Source: Octopus bimaculoides (taxonomy: Eukaryota). Taken from it: a stretch of 64,000 bases of DNA. The first letter of the stretch is position 1. Every line of letters starts with the position of its first letter. The notes beneath the pieces are model-generated. The model was not told the DNA's origin and ran no database searches. It saw only the letters and a list, made by a program, of their open reading frames with translations. The stretch spans positions 51,810,981 to 51,874,980 of the forward strand of contig NC_068998.1 in the NCBI RefSeq assembly GCF_001194135.2, in the 5' to 3' direction. This document shows, one piece after another, positions 41,902 to 55,364 of the stretch. Both the position numbers and the translations under genes were made by a program.

Positions 41902-42775
41902 TCTGGGTACAGGACATTGCAAACAAAACGTAGACAAGAAAATAATAATAACCAGAGTACAGAAAACACACAAGCCACATAGAGAACATTTTCCTTCATT
42001 AGCTACCCCCATTTTAACACTGGCGTTTCGAAGAGTTGGGCAGGACGCATCGTTAAAATGGCTCTTCCTATGGACCGCAAATTAAATTTGTATACACAAA
42101 TTAAACCTGTGCCATGGAGGAATGTCGTGGCGGACAAAAAACAAGACAGGAAAACAAACGGAAAAGAAAATAAGACAGGAAAACAAACGGAAAAGGCTAT
42201 GCGGCCAGGCGTGAAAAACTATGTGTATATGAACGCTGTGAGGCACGAACTGAAAAAGACGGGACTAAGTAAGTTCGCGTGTTTGCTCAGCGATAGACAA
42301 GGAAGAAAAGGATTAGTGACCGGAAGCATGTGACCAGGGAGGGGTAAGGAAGAGAGAGAGAGTGGTAGAGGGAGAAACAAGGGGAGGAAGTAGAAGAATA
42401 GGTGAGCGACGAGAGGAAGAGAGAAATATAGTAGTAACAGAAGGAAGAACGAGAGGGGAAAGAGAGAGATATAGTAGTAACAGAAGGAAGAACGAGAGGG
42501 GTAAATAGAGATACGTAGTAGTAACAGAGGAAGAACGAGAGGGGGGAAAAGTGATAGAGAAAGAGATAGTCGCATCAGAAAATATAAAGTTGAAAAAACT
42601 ACTTACAACAGGGATGACGCAGGCGTTCGATCACGTAAAACAAATAATAAATGAGTATATGCATATATATGTACAGGTATGTGCATACCTACGTCTTCCT
42701 GTGTATATAGGTGCATATCTGGGTACAGGACATTGCAAACAAAACGTAGACAAGAAAATAATAATAACCAGAGTA
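41902..42775. mobile_element. CpG-rich insert bounded by identical 58-bp direct repeats; class uncertain (Penelope-like remnant possible)
   Basis: tctgggtacaggacattgcaaacaaaacgtagacaagaaaataataataaccagagta at 41902-41959 and 42718-42775; internal 24-bp and ~31-bp repeats. Confidence 0.55.
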
Positions 42776-45700
42776 TATATATGTAATATTTTTTTAAACT
42801 GCTTCAGAAAATACAAATATATATAATTAAGAGTTGAAATGTTTATTGACCAAAATATAAACTTTAAGAAAATTGTTATTATATTCTAAAATATAAAATA
42901 GCTGTTCCAAACTATTTTATTAAAAGATGCTTATCATTTTCAAAGGTTAGTTTGTTAGTAATGTCTAAACAATTGTTATATAAATTCATATTCTTATTGA
43001 AGGGATTTCTGTTGAATAACGTTTTTTCTTACATTAAATATCTGATTTAGTTTTCTTCTCTTCATCATACATATAATTAGTAATGATCTAAAGCAGTGAA
43101 TAACAGTGCTGAGTTTTCACTGTGAAAAGATTTATGTCTATATAAAATGAAACAAAGAAAAGCATGTAAAATTAATTAAAAGTTTCAACATATTTTGTGC
43201 TTTGTATTAGGTTTATTGAAGCACAGATGTTTGCCATTAAAATTTCATCTTAATTACATCGTTTTTACATACTATTTCCATGCTATACAAGAACATCAGA
43301 AGAATTATTTTAAGACATATATTTTCTTTATCATTAACAATATTATTATAATTATAATCATCTACAACCTTTTTAGTTTCCAATTTCCCATGGGTTTGAT
43401 AAGTTTGCAATATAGCAAATTACAATGTGCTGTGATTCTGTATCATCTCACCTATGAAGTTCAATATCCTGTGTTGTTCAAATCTTCTAGTATCAATAAA
43501 TGAGACTTTTCCCCACCAAGAACACCTATATTACACCACAAGTCTATAGCAGTGCAGTCCTCTTGTATGCTCACATGCTTATGTGTTGCCTTTTCCCGAG
43601 TAAAATAGAGTGGAGGTTATGGTTTTGTGACAAGAAACAAGCAGCATCCGTGATCATGGTCTTCATAACTTTTCAATGACTGGGGAGATTGGTTATGGCT
43701 GATGTCTAGTTTTAACATTTTATATAGAAGTAAATGCCTCAAAAAAATGTATTGACAGAAAGAAAATTTTAGATAGTTGGTATTCCAGGACACATCTAGC
43801 AGCTTATACCCTATGCATTTTTCTCTGGCATTTTCATGTTTTCCAATCAACCAATCATTACATTCCTTACATGAGCCATTGAGAGAACCGGTATGTGGTG
43901 AGTCAGTCTGCTAGAAATAGTAGCCAAACTTTTCTCAAATTCCACTTAATGACTCACTATGCCTGAAACAAAAAGTGGAATACTCATGACTGTAATAACT
44001 TTGATAGATCTGCTTGATTAAAGTTGACTTTAGGAGTGAAGGGGTTTAAAAACAATATTCATGCAATGCCTTTTCTATGAAGAAGGCAAAAATCTATGTT
44101 GTGAAAGTTCCCAGCACTTTCTCCACTCTCATCTTACTTTAGTCATTATATTTTTTTATAATCAATCTCAGTATCAATTAGGTTATGTAGTTAACACAGG
44201 CAAGTGACTTCATGTCATGATCTATCTTGATAGTCCTCAAGTTTCATTTGAAAGTTAGGGTGTTCCTATTGCTAATTATTCTGTGCATGTTTTGCAGTCG
44301 CAATTCTGGTTCACTGACAATCTGCTAGAAACATGACATTTTATGAACTTATAATCAGAATCGACTACAGAGTATTGCATGCTTATCTACTTTAATTCTG
44401 CGAGTCATGGGAAAGCACACTTCTAAGATATCAAAGAAATTTTCTGATCTCATTTACTTTAGTCCTTGCCATGTTGTTCTTTGGATTCCAGACCATTCTT
44501 CTTACTTTAGAATCCTACTTTTTTTTTTATTTGTCTTTTTTTTTTTTTTTTTTTTTTTTGCTTAATCTTGTAAACGAATTCAAGCCTTCAATAGATACAA
44601 GTTACAAAGGTCACCCAGTCTTGAAATTCTGCAAAACTGCCTCAATAACACTTCATAGGCTAAATACCTCACTGAAATCTCAGCTCTGTATAACAGATAT
44701 GAAACAGAATTTATTCTTAGCGAAGAACTTACAGTTGTCACATCATCAAAAATTACTTTTGGGCTATGACTTGAAAATTATTTCTGGAGTGAAAGAACTG
44801 TAGAATTCTGTGTTCCTTCAGTTAAGAGTAGGATGAGATTTGAGGAAAATCTTACTGCTAATTTTAGCAGGTCAACTAACTATGTAGAGGGACCTTCACT
44901 GTTTCATGTATTACATTACTAAATAATAAGCAAGGTGCATATTTCTGAGTAAAAGTTGCATTTTCTAGAAAGCAATTCTGTAGAGAGTAAAAATTTTCTT
45001 TGAATTATTTTATGTATTTATTTATTTGCAAGGAGCTTTCATGACTGAATCACATAAATAAATATCTGGGAGTTAAAATACTCTTCATACACAATAAAAT
45101 AGTGTGTTCTAAGATACATCTTTCACATTTGAATGGATACTATGTTTTCTTCCAAGTGGTATGATAACAATGACATTTGATTAACATGTAATTCATTCAT
45201 AGATAATATTTTATTCTTTGTTATTTATAAGTCACATCCCTAATTTAGTGTTGATACAAAATATTTTTCTCTTCAAACTTGCCCTGTGTATAAGTCACAA
45301 CTCTGTTTTCTCATTAAAAATCAAGTTTAAAATAAGGCATCTTATACATAAATAAATACAGTAATTTTTCGCCATGATGTTTTAAACCTTAAGATTTTTT
45401 ATTCTGAAAAAATTGTAATATTTAAAAAAAACATTTATTTGATATACATTTACAGTATTCATTAATCAAGTTGATCATGAATTTGAAACCAATATTGGGT
45501 TTTTTTTTCTTTCTCTTTTTCAATCATTTTTCAAGAATTTGTCAATCTAAGTATCTAACGAATATACAAGAGTTGATTAATATGTTGTAGGAATAGTAAC
45601 AATGGTCTAAATATAATCCTTTCAGTACCCATAATTGACATATTTCTTCTTCAAATCTAATCTCAACTATATTGACACATATGACTTGAAGTAGAAATTA

Positions 45701-45958
45701 ACAAGACACAAATGCCAATATTCTAATAGAATGTTATTAACTGTCCAGAAGTTTCAGAGATTAAGACAATACCATCAAACTGATTATAGGGATGAGGCTT
45801 TTGATGGTTGTATCGATTAAAGCAAGTAAACTGGGAAAATAATTAAAGTCAGCCCAAAATTGTATTTATTATCAAGCAAGCTTCCTTAAACGTTAACAAT
45901 ATTTTGGGGTGAGGCAAAAATATATAGAATAATAATTGTTATTCAAAGTAATAAGCCC

Positions 45959-45999
<41 letters not shown>

Positions 46000-48879
46000 G
46001 CGTGTGCGTGTGTGTCCATGTGCATTCACTTTTGTGTGTATCCACCTACCACTGCTTGACAACCGGTGTTAGTTTGTTTATGTCCCTATAACTTAACAGT
46101 TCAGCATGCATAAACATTAGTACTGGGGCTTACTAGTTCGAGTTAACTCTTCAAGGCAGTGCCTCAGGATGGTTGCAGTCCAATGACTAAAAGAAGTAAA
46201 TGCTAAAAGATAACTGAAAAATGGTATTTAAATCTGTATATATTCAAAAACATTCCAAACATGGCCATTTCAATTTTTTTAAAAAGCATATATTTTTTAG
46301 ACTACAGTATCTCATCTGGCGTTGTAAGACAGCAGCTTGTGATTTGAGAGGAATTTCATCGTTATTTCTAGCATTTTCAGTAACCATGTAAAGGTTCCTT
46401 CATTGACTCACAGTGAACAATGCTTTATTAAACTACGTAATACATCTATCACTTTTCTTGTAATGCCTCACATGTATTGAATGTCTTCTCTCTAAATCGC
46501 AAAAGTATAGCAAAAATATAATGATTCATCTTTTATTCATTTTGCTGTCACCACTTTTTCTTTCTCGTCATGTATCAAAGTGTATTATTTTGCTAATGAT
46601 TAAAGTTATGCAGCCTTTTAAAGAAAAACTTTTAAAAGTTTAGAACAAATTTTGAAATTCATTGAAAAGAATCGATATTGGAATGTCTGGTTGTGTTTGT
46701 CATTGAGGATAGCAAATTAGGTCCAATAACATTAGGTCTAACAATGTTCCAACTACATTCTGAGCAAATCATTTGTATTTTAACACACAAGTCTCTTTGA
46801 GACAACATACAACTGCTAATGCCATTTTATGTTTGTGTATTCATTATATAAGCCGTATACATCATTATTACTTTGTTTTTATTTACTGGTTTCAGTGATT
46901 GGACTATAAAGTCAATTATCTTGATCTTGATGCTCTACCTGGTACTTATTTTATCTATCTCTTAAGAGTCAAAAGCAGGTGGACCTAAGTTAAAAGGAAT
47001 ACGATTCAGTTGGATCTAAGTACCTCAGTTGTATTATGTTGGCTTCATTGATTTTATTCATCCATGCTAATATATACATTCACATGCAGACACGTATTCA
47101 CACACACACATATGAAGATCTTGTACACAGTTTTCTTTTCAGCAATTGAAATGGCTTTGGTCAACTTGAGGCGTTGGGAGACACCTGCTCACTGGTAATT
47201 TCCTTATTGTGAAAATCAAATGGAGAAATATAATATTTTTAAGCAGCTTTTTTCTTTTGTTTCTTAAATTATCATTTAGAGCTTAGGAAATGGAAATAAC
47301 ATTTTAATAATCCATCAATTTTCTAATTGTATTTCCATGAGGAGATGTTTACTTCCTCAGTATAAATTCAATTAATATAGGAAGCATGGAGTTACATAAT
47401 CGAAGATAGAATTTCACTTTTAATTCAGTTTTTTATTTTTAATCCTTATAATTTTTTTTTCTGTCTTTTCTTAACCCAACATCAGCATATATAGGTAGTC
47501 ATTTCTTTTTCATTCTACCAAATACTGAGATATAAAAGAACGACTGTAGATTTAGAACAGCAAAAAAGCACAAATGGAAATTTAATTATTAATTATACTG
47601 CTATACCCCAGCAGCTACCAACATAGTCAAGCTGAATAAAAATGTAATACATGTTGGAGTACATTTTAAACAGTCTTTTCATAACTAATAACTCTACAAA
47701 ACTTATCTTTCTATAGTATTATCATTTTCTTGAAAAAATCTAAAGCCAATAAGAGCTTGATTTACTTAAGCCCTTCACTGCTTTTGGAGCACAGACCATC
47801 AAAAACTTTCCTCCACTGTTCACAACTCAAGGTTTTCTTTTCAGTTGGATCCTTGTTTTCTTTTCTGCTTTGCTTCAATATCCTGCCTCCCTCAAAATAG
47901 ATCTTTCTCTCCCAGGTCTTGTTATTTTAAAATTATTATTGAGGTTTCTGTAATTTTGCTATTTTCAAGGTAGGGACGTTGGCCCTACACAAACCCTTTA
48001 TTACCTAAGAGAGAGTTGGTCCAGATTAGTTTGACCTCTAACTTTTAACTGGTCTAGCTTGGAAGTTCTTACCAGGAGCTTCTGCTCTGCTGGCACAGTT
48101 CTCAGGGTCATTGAGACATACAAACCAAAACACTGCTATAAGGACTAAACCTTGTGGAATTTAGAGACAGGGTTGTGAACAATGAACTCATTGTAAAATG
48201 TATTTAGGAAGAAATAATAATATTAACTGTACCACATTTGTTGTAATCAAAATGAATATTTCCTAATCTTGAAACTCATCTTCAGAAGTGAATCATCAGA
48301 AACGAAATGTTCTCCTCAGTTTGGTATTTATTTCTGATGCCAAGAAAGATCTTATCAACTAAACTTGCTCACACCTCCTTGTTATCTGTTTAATTGAAGA
48401 ATAAAATACATTTAAAAAAAAAACTTCTTAAGGTATGCAAATATGTTGTCTTTAATTTCTCTTTACTAAATTAATCTTCAACATCTGTTCTAACATTTCT
48501 TGCTTGAACTGAGGGAGCCTCAGAAAATGGAAGGACATTAGATAAGGTAGATAGCCCCATCACCACCACCACCACCAGCAAAAAATATGGGATGGTCACG
48601 GTTGGAATGCTTTCAGTCATAGGCCTGCTTATTCACTGTTGACCTGATGCTAAATAACAACTATACCTTAACAACTTATTCAATATTGAAAGCAAGTACC
48701 TCTGTTCTCTCCTTGACCCTCTCGTTCCCATATTTCTGTTGAAATACACGAGTATTATTTCAATGTGATAGATGGATACTGTGTGGAGGTCAATCATGTG
48801 TGTATGTATATGTGTGCATATATGTAAGTGTGTATGTGTGTGTGTATAAACAAGTATGTGAAAGTATGTATCATCATCA

Positions 48880-49110
48880 TCATCATGAAGTTCACTTTTC
48901 CCTGCTAGCATGGATTTGACAGAATATATTGAGGCAGATTTTCTATGGCTAGATGCCCTTCCTGTTGCCAACCCTCATCTGTTTCCAAACATGATGTTTC
49001 CTCATGGCCAAACACGTTTCTTGCAAAACACTGGAAATGAATGACACTGCTTGTATAACAGTGGCAATCTTTTACAACTATCATGCAATGTCATGACAAG
49101 GGGATACACA
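48880..49110 (-). mobile_element. Family D tail fragment, (CAT)n-flanked
   Basis: catcatcatcat...gctagcatgg...ctagatgcccttcctgttgccaaccc. Confidence 0.7.
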
Positions 49111-50289
49111 CACACACACACATATGATCAATTCCTTTCATGCACATACACATGATCAACACTTACTGGGTATACATGCATCTATATACATATATATCTA
49201 TGTGCATATCTTTTTTGAAGCATATCAGAGAAAAATGTGACTACTGTTGAGAAATGCAAAATCTTGGCAATTTCAATTAAAAATTTGGTGTCTTCAATTT
49301 AAAATGCCATATTTGGCATTTGTTCTGAATGAAGTGTGCAGACAAGTCCCTGTCACTCTCACCATCATAAATAAAAGAAAATTGCAATTATTCCTTTGGA
49401 AAATGGTTGCCAATGGCATTGTCATTCACAACACAAAAGTAGAATAAACAAACAACCTTGAAAATGTTCTGGCATGCAACATTGCAAATTCTGCAGAATC
49501 AGAATTTCTTTTTACTTCTCAATGGCAGTAACAGACACAAAATTAGCATATTTACCAAATCACCATCTTCTACGAAAAAAAGTTTGCTTGTAAAGGTTTT
49601 TGTTCAGCCATTTCAAATCAGCATTGTTAGTTGCTGATGCTGCTTCTCCTTCTCTTCCTCCTCCTCCTCCTACCACCACTGCCACTATCTTATATCCATA
49701 TCTCCACCCTGCTGAGAATCGCATTGCACTCACTGACATGCTGTGATGAATTGTATGGGATAAAGTATCACAGTCAAGACATGTTATATGCTCTTCACTG
49801 TCCAGTCTATTTCTGGCACCCACAGATTCTGCTGAAGTGAACTTACATACTGTATGCTATTTGATGTAAAAAAAAAATGGTATAAGTTCCTGATATACAC
49901 AGACAATAACAGCTGCATGTTTATACACACACACACACACACACATGAATTACATGTGAAAAGCTCATGAATATGACAAATTTAATTATTGTAAGGCATC
50001 TTGTCAGCTGCCAGAAAGCAGTAGGTATTGTTTCTAGTTTTTATAGCAGCCTTTTGATAGAAATATCGATAACTAATATTGACCCAAAATAAAGAAGAAA
50101 AAAAAAGCCAAGCAAATGTAGTTATTAGACTTCTGCAACAACAGAATAAATAATCTGCTTGAATAAGTCAACGACAGAGCCTTGATTTACTAGAAATAAC
50201 AGCCAGATCACTTTCAAATCACAATTTTGCATCAGATAAAAGCAAAATGCTTATTAGATGATAATGTAGTCTTAGATAACATTAGATGA

Positions 50290-50672
50290 TGATCATTATC
50301 ATTTTAACATCTGCATTTCCATGCTTACATGAGTCAGACAGAATTCTTTGTAATAGATCTTCCGTGGCTGGATGCCTTCCTGTTGCTAATCCTTACCCAT
50401 TTCCAAATGTTTTCCTATTGCTTGACATGTTTTTCACTGAAGATTGAAACAAATGACACTCATTTACATCCATCATGTGCTGTCGAGACAAGAACATCCA
50501 GCATACATATGTATGTATGTACGTGTGTGTGTATCTGATGGGCTTCTTTCAGATTCCTTCTACCAAATCCACTCAAAAGTCTTTGGTAAACACTTACCCA
50601 AGGTACCACACCATAGGACTGATCCCAAGACCTCATGATTGTGAAACTAGCTTCTTAATCACATAACCACAC
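50290..50672 (-). mobile_element. Family B/D composite SINE
   Basis: tttccatgcttacatg...ggatgccttcctgttgc, then ctaccaaatccactca...cacttacccaaggtaccac. Confidence 0.7.
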
Positions 50673-53600
50673 CTGTATTTCAGAAAACAGATTGGTCATG
50701 GCTGAAAGATCTTTGACCATAGGTCTGCTGGATCAGAGTTGACCTAGGGCTAAACAACAATAACAAATCTTAATTAATTTCTCAGTAGTTCATTGCAGGA
50801 TTTTAATATCTCAGACTAAACATTCTATTAATGTCTTAAAAATTTTGGTGTTGTTTAAAATTTACTTTCTCAGTTCAGTTCATGTAAAACAGAGAATATT
50901 GACTAAAGTTATTTTTCTCTAGTTTGGCATTATCAAGTAGCTTTTATTAATTTCTAATTTCCAGTCTTGTTTGCTTACTTAAAAGTAATTAGTACTACAA
51001 GTTTCTATTAATAATACAATTATTATAATTAATCGAATTAGTGTTACAAAAATATTTCTTTCATCAAGTTTCTTGAATGTTTTAATGTTTAATTATGCTG
51101 TCAGTATAGCAGTTGTCTGACTAAAGATTAAACAAAATTATGAAGGTTTAATTAGTGTTTTCGATAACCAAACTATCACCTTTGCTGGCAACAGAGGGCT
51201 TCTGTTTTCTGGTGAAGGTTATATTGAAGTACAATGTTACATAGGAGCGAAATATAGGCATTAAATGTGAAGAATATGCATAGGTAACAAGTGAGGTTGG
51301 TACAGTCTGGTGGATGTGTAATGTTAGTGTGCCTGAAAGAGCACAAATAAGATGGGAGGAAAAAAACTGGGTATGGAAGACAGCATGGGTACAGACAGAA
51401 TGCATGTGTATGACGACAGTTGGGTAAAGGAGAGCCAAGTCAAAGGAACCTTTAGAAAGAGGAAACATATAAGAAGTAATTGTGAAAATTGGTTTCAGGA
51501 TCCAAATGCTACCATAGTACATGGCAAAACATTGTAATTTGAAGAAAATGTCTACCTAAACCATTAGAAAACAGGTATAAAAATGACAGCAATAATGCTA
51601 ATGGGAATGGTGGTGGTGGCGGTGGTGGTGGTTGTAGTGGTGTTGGTGGTGGTGGTGGCGGTGGCGGTGGCAACAATGGTGTTTCTAATTTGTACTAATT
51701 CTCCAAAAAATCTTCTGTGATATTTGTATTTTTATGATTCAGTCGATTGTTAAAACTTCTTTTCTCATATGAGAGAAATTAGATTATGATTTCATACTGA
51801 CAGTAATATCAATATATCCCAATATATAACCTTGTTATTGTTCATAACAGGGTGGGAATTCTTTCTCTTGTGTTTCTAATATGATTAATAACTTTATTTC
51901 TTTCTAATTAGTAGAATATAACTACTACAACCATAGGCACAGTTTGCTAATTACATTGATCAAACGATTTTCTTTATACTATTCAAGCATCTACTTTGTA
52001 ATCTTGGTCTTACATATTTCTTTTCCCTGTGTAGAAATATTTAAATATGATGAAAAATATTCATATCACATGTGTAAAACTACCAGGTGTTTATACTTCT
52101 ATTACAAAAATGTGCATGTACTCACATTTTCAGATCTTTTGTACTTTGAAAGCCTGAACTTATCACATAATGAATAACCAACTATGACCTTCTCTTTAAC
52201 TATATTTCAAATTGATAAACAATGTCACTTCTACTCCTCAGTTTTTTGTTGTTGTTGTTGTTTAGCTACAAAACTTTCTGTAGATCTTTTTTTAATACAT
52301 TGTTTATATCAGTTTTTAAAATAGTAGTGTATGATTTGAAAAAGATTTAGCTACTATTGTTAGCATATGAAGCAGTCTCAGAGACTCCTTTGTAGTGTTA
52401 ATAATAAGGTCATCCAGCTGTAAAAGAACTTACTCTGTATTCTTATGTCATCTTATTCTTCTTCTGGTTACAATCATTGGATTGTGGCCATACTGGGGCA
52501 CTACTATCAAGGATTTTAGCTGTTCATGTTTATTCTAATTCTTATTTCAACCTGAGTACTTAATTATCTTTTTGGCAAAACACTGATTTCAACTGGTGGT
52601 GGTATGTCAAACACATACACACACACTCATGTGCACATGTTTATATTGAAAATCCAACCTTGTTCAAGTTTAATATTAGAGTATTTTCATATTCATTTTA
52701 GTCCTTTGTGTTTAGTTTGGAACAGTAACATTTTAAAGTCCATTTATATTTGAAGAACTTCTTGGCATCATTATCTAAATGAAATTATAGTAGTTGTGTG
52801 TTGATGCCACATATTACAAGAGGCAAGAATGTGGCATGGAATAATGTGTAATGGATGAAATTTCTATGCTTGATATGAAAAATCTCAGATGTAAAACTAA
52901 ATGAAGTAAAATATTTTTTATCCACTGCTATACAACCCTGAAAAGATGCTGATAGTTTTGTGTAGACAGTGAGAACTCATTTGAAAATGACTCAAACTTT
53001 ACTCATCACTGTAACATCAGTATTTCTTCGTTGCAGTAAATAATTATATTTAACGAAATAAACGTATTATTTCTAGAAATGCATTGCTGTAGGTCAGTAT
53101 CTCCAGCAATCTTTTTAGCTGCTAGATCAGTACATAATTTCTTTGCATTCAGTATATTTACAATTTGTAACACATTATCAAAATTAAATTTCTCTTTCTT
53201 AAGTCTCAGCTATGGGAAATAGGTTTTCTGATGCTGTTGGCATAACTAATCATGATTCAGCCATCCTTAAATTACATTTCTATTTCTTAGTTAAGCTCTT
53301 TATTCAAATATAATAGATTTAATTTTGATGAAGATAAACATTCATTTAAATGTCTATGACCTCTAAATATTTTTTAACAAATCTGTGTCTTAAATATTCA
53401 TATCTATCATAATTTTTCAGTGTTTTAAATTGAAAATTAAATTGTTTTTTGACACTTTTACAACATCCTCTTTTAATGCCCATGTTCCATGCTGACATGA
53501 GTTAAACTTCTTGTGTGGGTTGGATGAATATGCAAACTGAAATAGCTTCTGCAAAGGCTTAAATTCTGAGTCGAGCTGGTTCGGATAAATCACAAAAAAC

Positions 53601-54573
53601 TGAGGCCATTTCTGGCACATGTGTCTTCATCTCTACCTTTGATAATATATAAACTGTTTGAACTAAAATAAAAGGGCATTTTGTCTTGGGTATCATACAT
53701 TATGTCGTGTGCTGTGCCTCACACAACACATTTAAATTCAATACTGCATCTCACCTTCTACACTCTGCTTCACTTAATGTTCTTAAAACCACACCTTGTT
53801 GTGCACAACACATTCTGACTTCAGAATTGCACCTCACTCATCTTAACTTCTCCACTGCACCTTACTTAATATGTTCATACACTCATGCCCTGCTGTGCAT
53901 GAATGTTCTGACTTCAACACCACACCTCACACAATACATCTTGACTGCGTTAATACACCCCACTGCAACACTATATTTCGCATAGTTCATCTTGACTCCA
54001 TTAAATATTTTTATTGGGTGGTGAATTAGATTCTATATCATTTGTTATCTAATATACACTATATTCTTGATATTGCCTTCCACCACAGAAAAAAAAAAAA
54101 AAAATCTGAAATTTCTTAAATTTATTTTATTGTCAGAATTTCAACTTTTGGCAACAAATCAAGGAAAAAAATTGAATCATCAGTCTTCAAAACGTGTTCT
54201 GACTGTTCTATTGCACCCCAAATTACATGTCTTTGTGAACCAATGAGGGAGCCTCTATGTGGTTACTAAAAAAGAGTAGCAACCTCTCATCAACTTACAC
54301 TATTTGTGATTGTAACAAAAGGAGACATAACACACCAGATGTGATGTAAATGCACTTGATAATAAAACCTGCTGAATGAAGACCAGTCTGAGGTTAAGCA
54401 ACATCAACAACACATCTTGAATGCCACATTGCATACCTTGACTCAGACTCTGTTGACTCTGGATCTGAAAGCTCTCGTTTTGTATTAGAAATGTTTTTAT
54501 TTGTTGTATAGAATGTGCTTCTGCCTTGCATTGTTTCAAAGTAGGTTCTTTTTTTTATATACTATTGTTGTAG

Positions 54574-54657
54574 GATATCGCAGTATCAACAGAACATCTT
54601 TGGGTGGAAACAAGTGCTTCAGGAGACAGCTGTTACGTAATGGATCCAGACTGTACA
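54574..54657 (+). CDS. DGKZ: Diacylglycerol kinase zeta/iota exon, start of C1A domain: DIAVSTEHLWVETSASGDSCYVMDPDCT
   Basis: Acceptor tttttatatactattgttgtag|, donor ACA|gtaagt; 84 nt, phase 0-0. Aligns without gaps to recalled human DGKZ [20 protein letters not shown] (11 of 20 identical, including H and both C). Continues in frame from ...STIDWS. Confidence 0.93.
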
Positions 54658-55132
54658 GTAAGTATATTCGAGCATTTTTTTTTACTTTTAGTTTTTATTA
54701 TGGTCATACTGGAGTACAACCTTCAGTGGTTTAATCAGTTATATATAACACCCCCTCTCTTCTCTGTGCTTTGCTTGGTACTTGTTCCATTGACCTAAGA
54801 AAGAAGAAAGGAAAAGCTGAACTGGGTGAGATATGAACTCAGAAAGGGAAGTGTAGTAAGTGAATACCACAAAGTATTTTGTCTGATGCTCAGTTGATTC
54901 TGGCAATCCAATGACATTTCAATACACATTCAAATTTTTATATAAATGTTTGTGGAAAGATTTGAGCTTTTGTCTGAGGATGTTGGATTTCATGAAGAAG
55001 ATAATGATGAACTATACAAAAAATAGTTGCAAGATGTTGTGATGGGAGGGACCCATCCAACCCAAGCCAGTATAGAAAACCAAGCATAAGTTATTTAATA
55101 TTTTTATTGGGTGAGGCATCAGAAACTTTACA

Positions 55133-55364
55133 TGCAGTGAGCTGGCAGAAACATAGGTACGCTGGGGCGAAATGCTTAGCATTATTTCATCTGCCTTTAC
55201 GTTCTAAGTTCAAATTCTGCCGAGGTCGACTTTGCCTTTCATCCTTCTGGGGTTGATAAATTAAGTACCAGTTACGCACTGGGGTCGATATAATCGACTG
55301 AATCCCTTCGTCTGTCCTTGTTTGTCCCCTCTATGTTTAGCCCCTTGTGGGCAATAAAAAAATA
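55133..55364 (+). mobile_element. Family A tRNA-derived SINE, near-intact copy with TSD
   Basis: B-box-like gttctaagttcaaattc and central block gaggtcgactttgcctttcatcc...gataaattaagtaccag, CpGs retained; 12-bp TSD agaaactttaca at 55121-32 and 55365-76. Confidence 0.88.

Noticed and set aside
49560-49840. Proline-rich reading ADAASPSLPPPPPTTTATILYPYLHP as an extra DGK exon
   Set aside because: Driven by (CCT)n/(CCA)n repeats, ends in a stop, and has no suitable donor.
51150-51530. 124-aa minus-strand ORF, possibly a Penelope GIY-YIG remnant
   Set aside because: No diagnostic motif could be read; too degraded to call.
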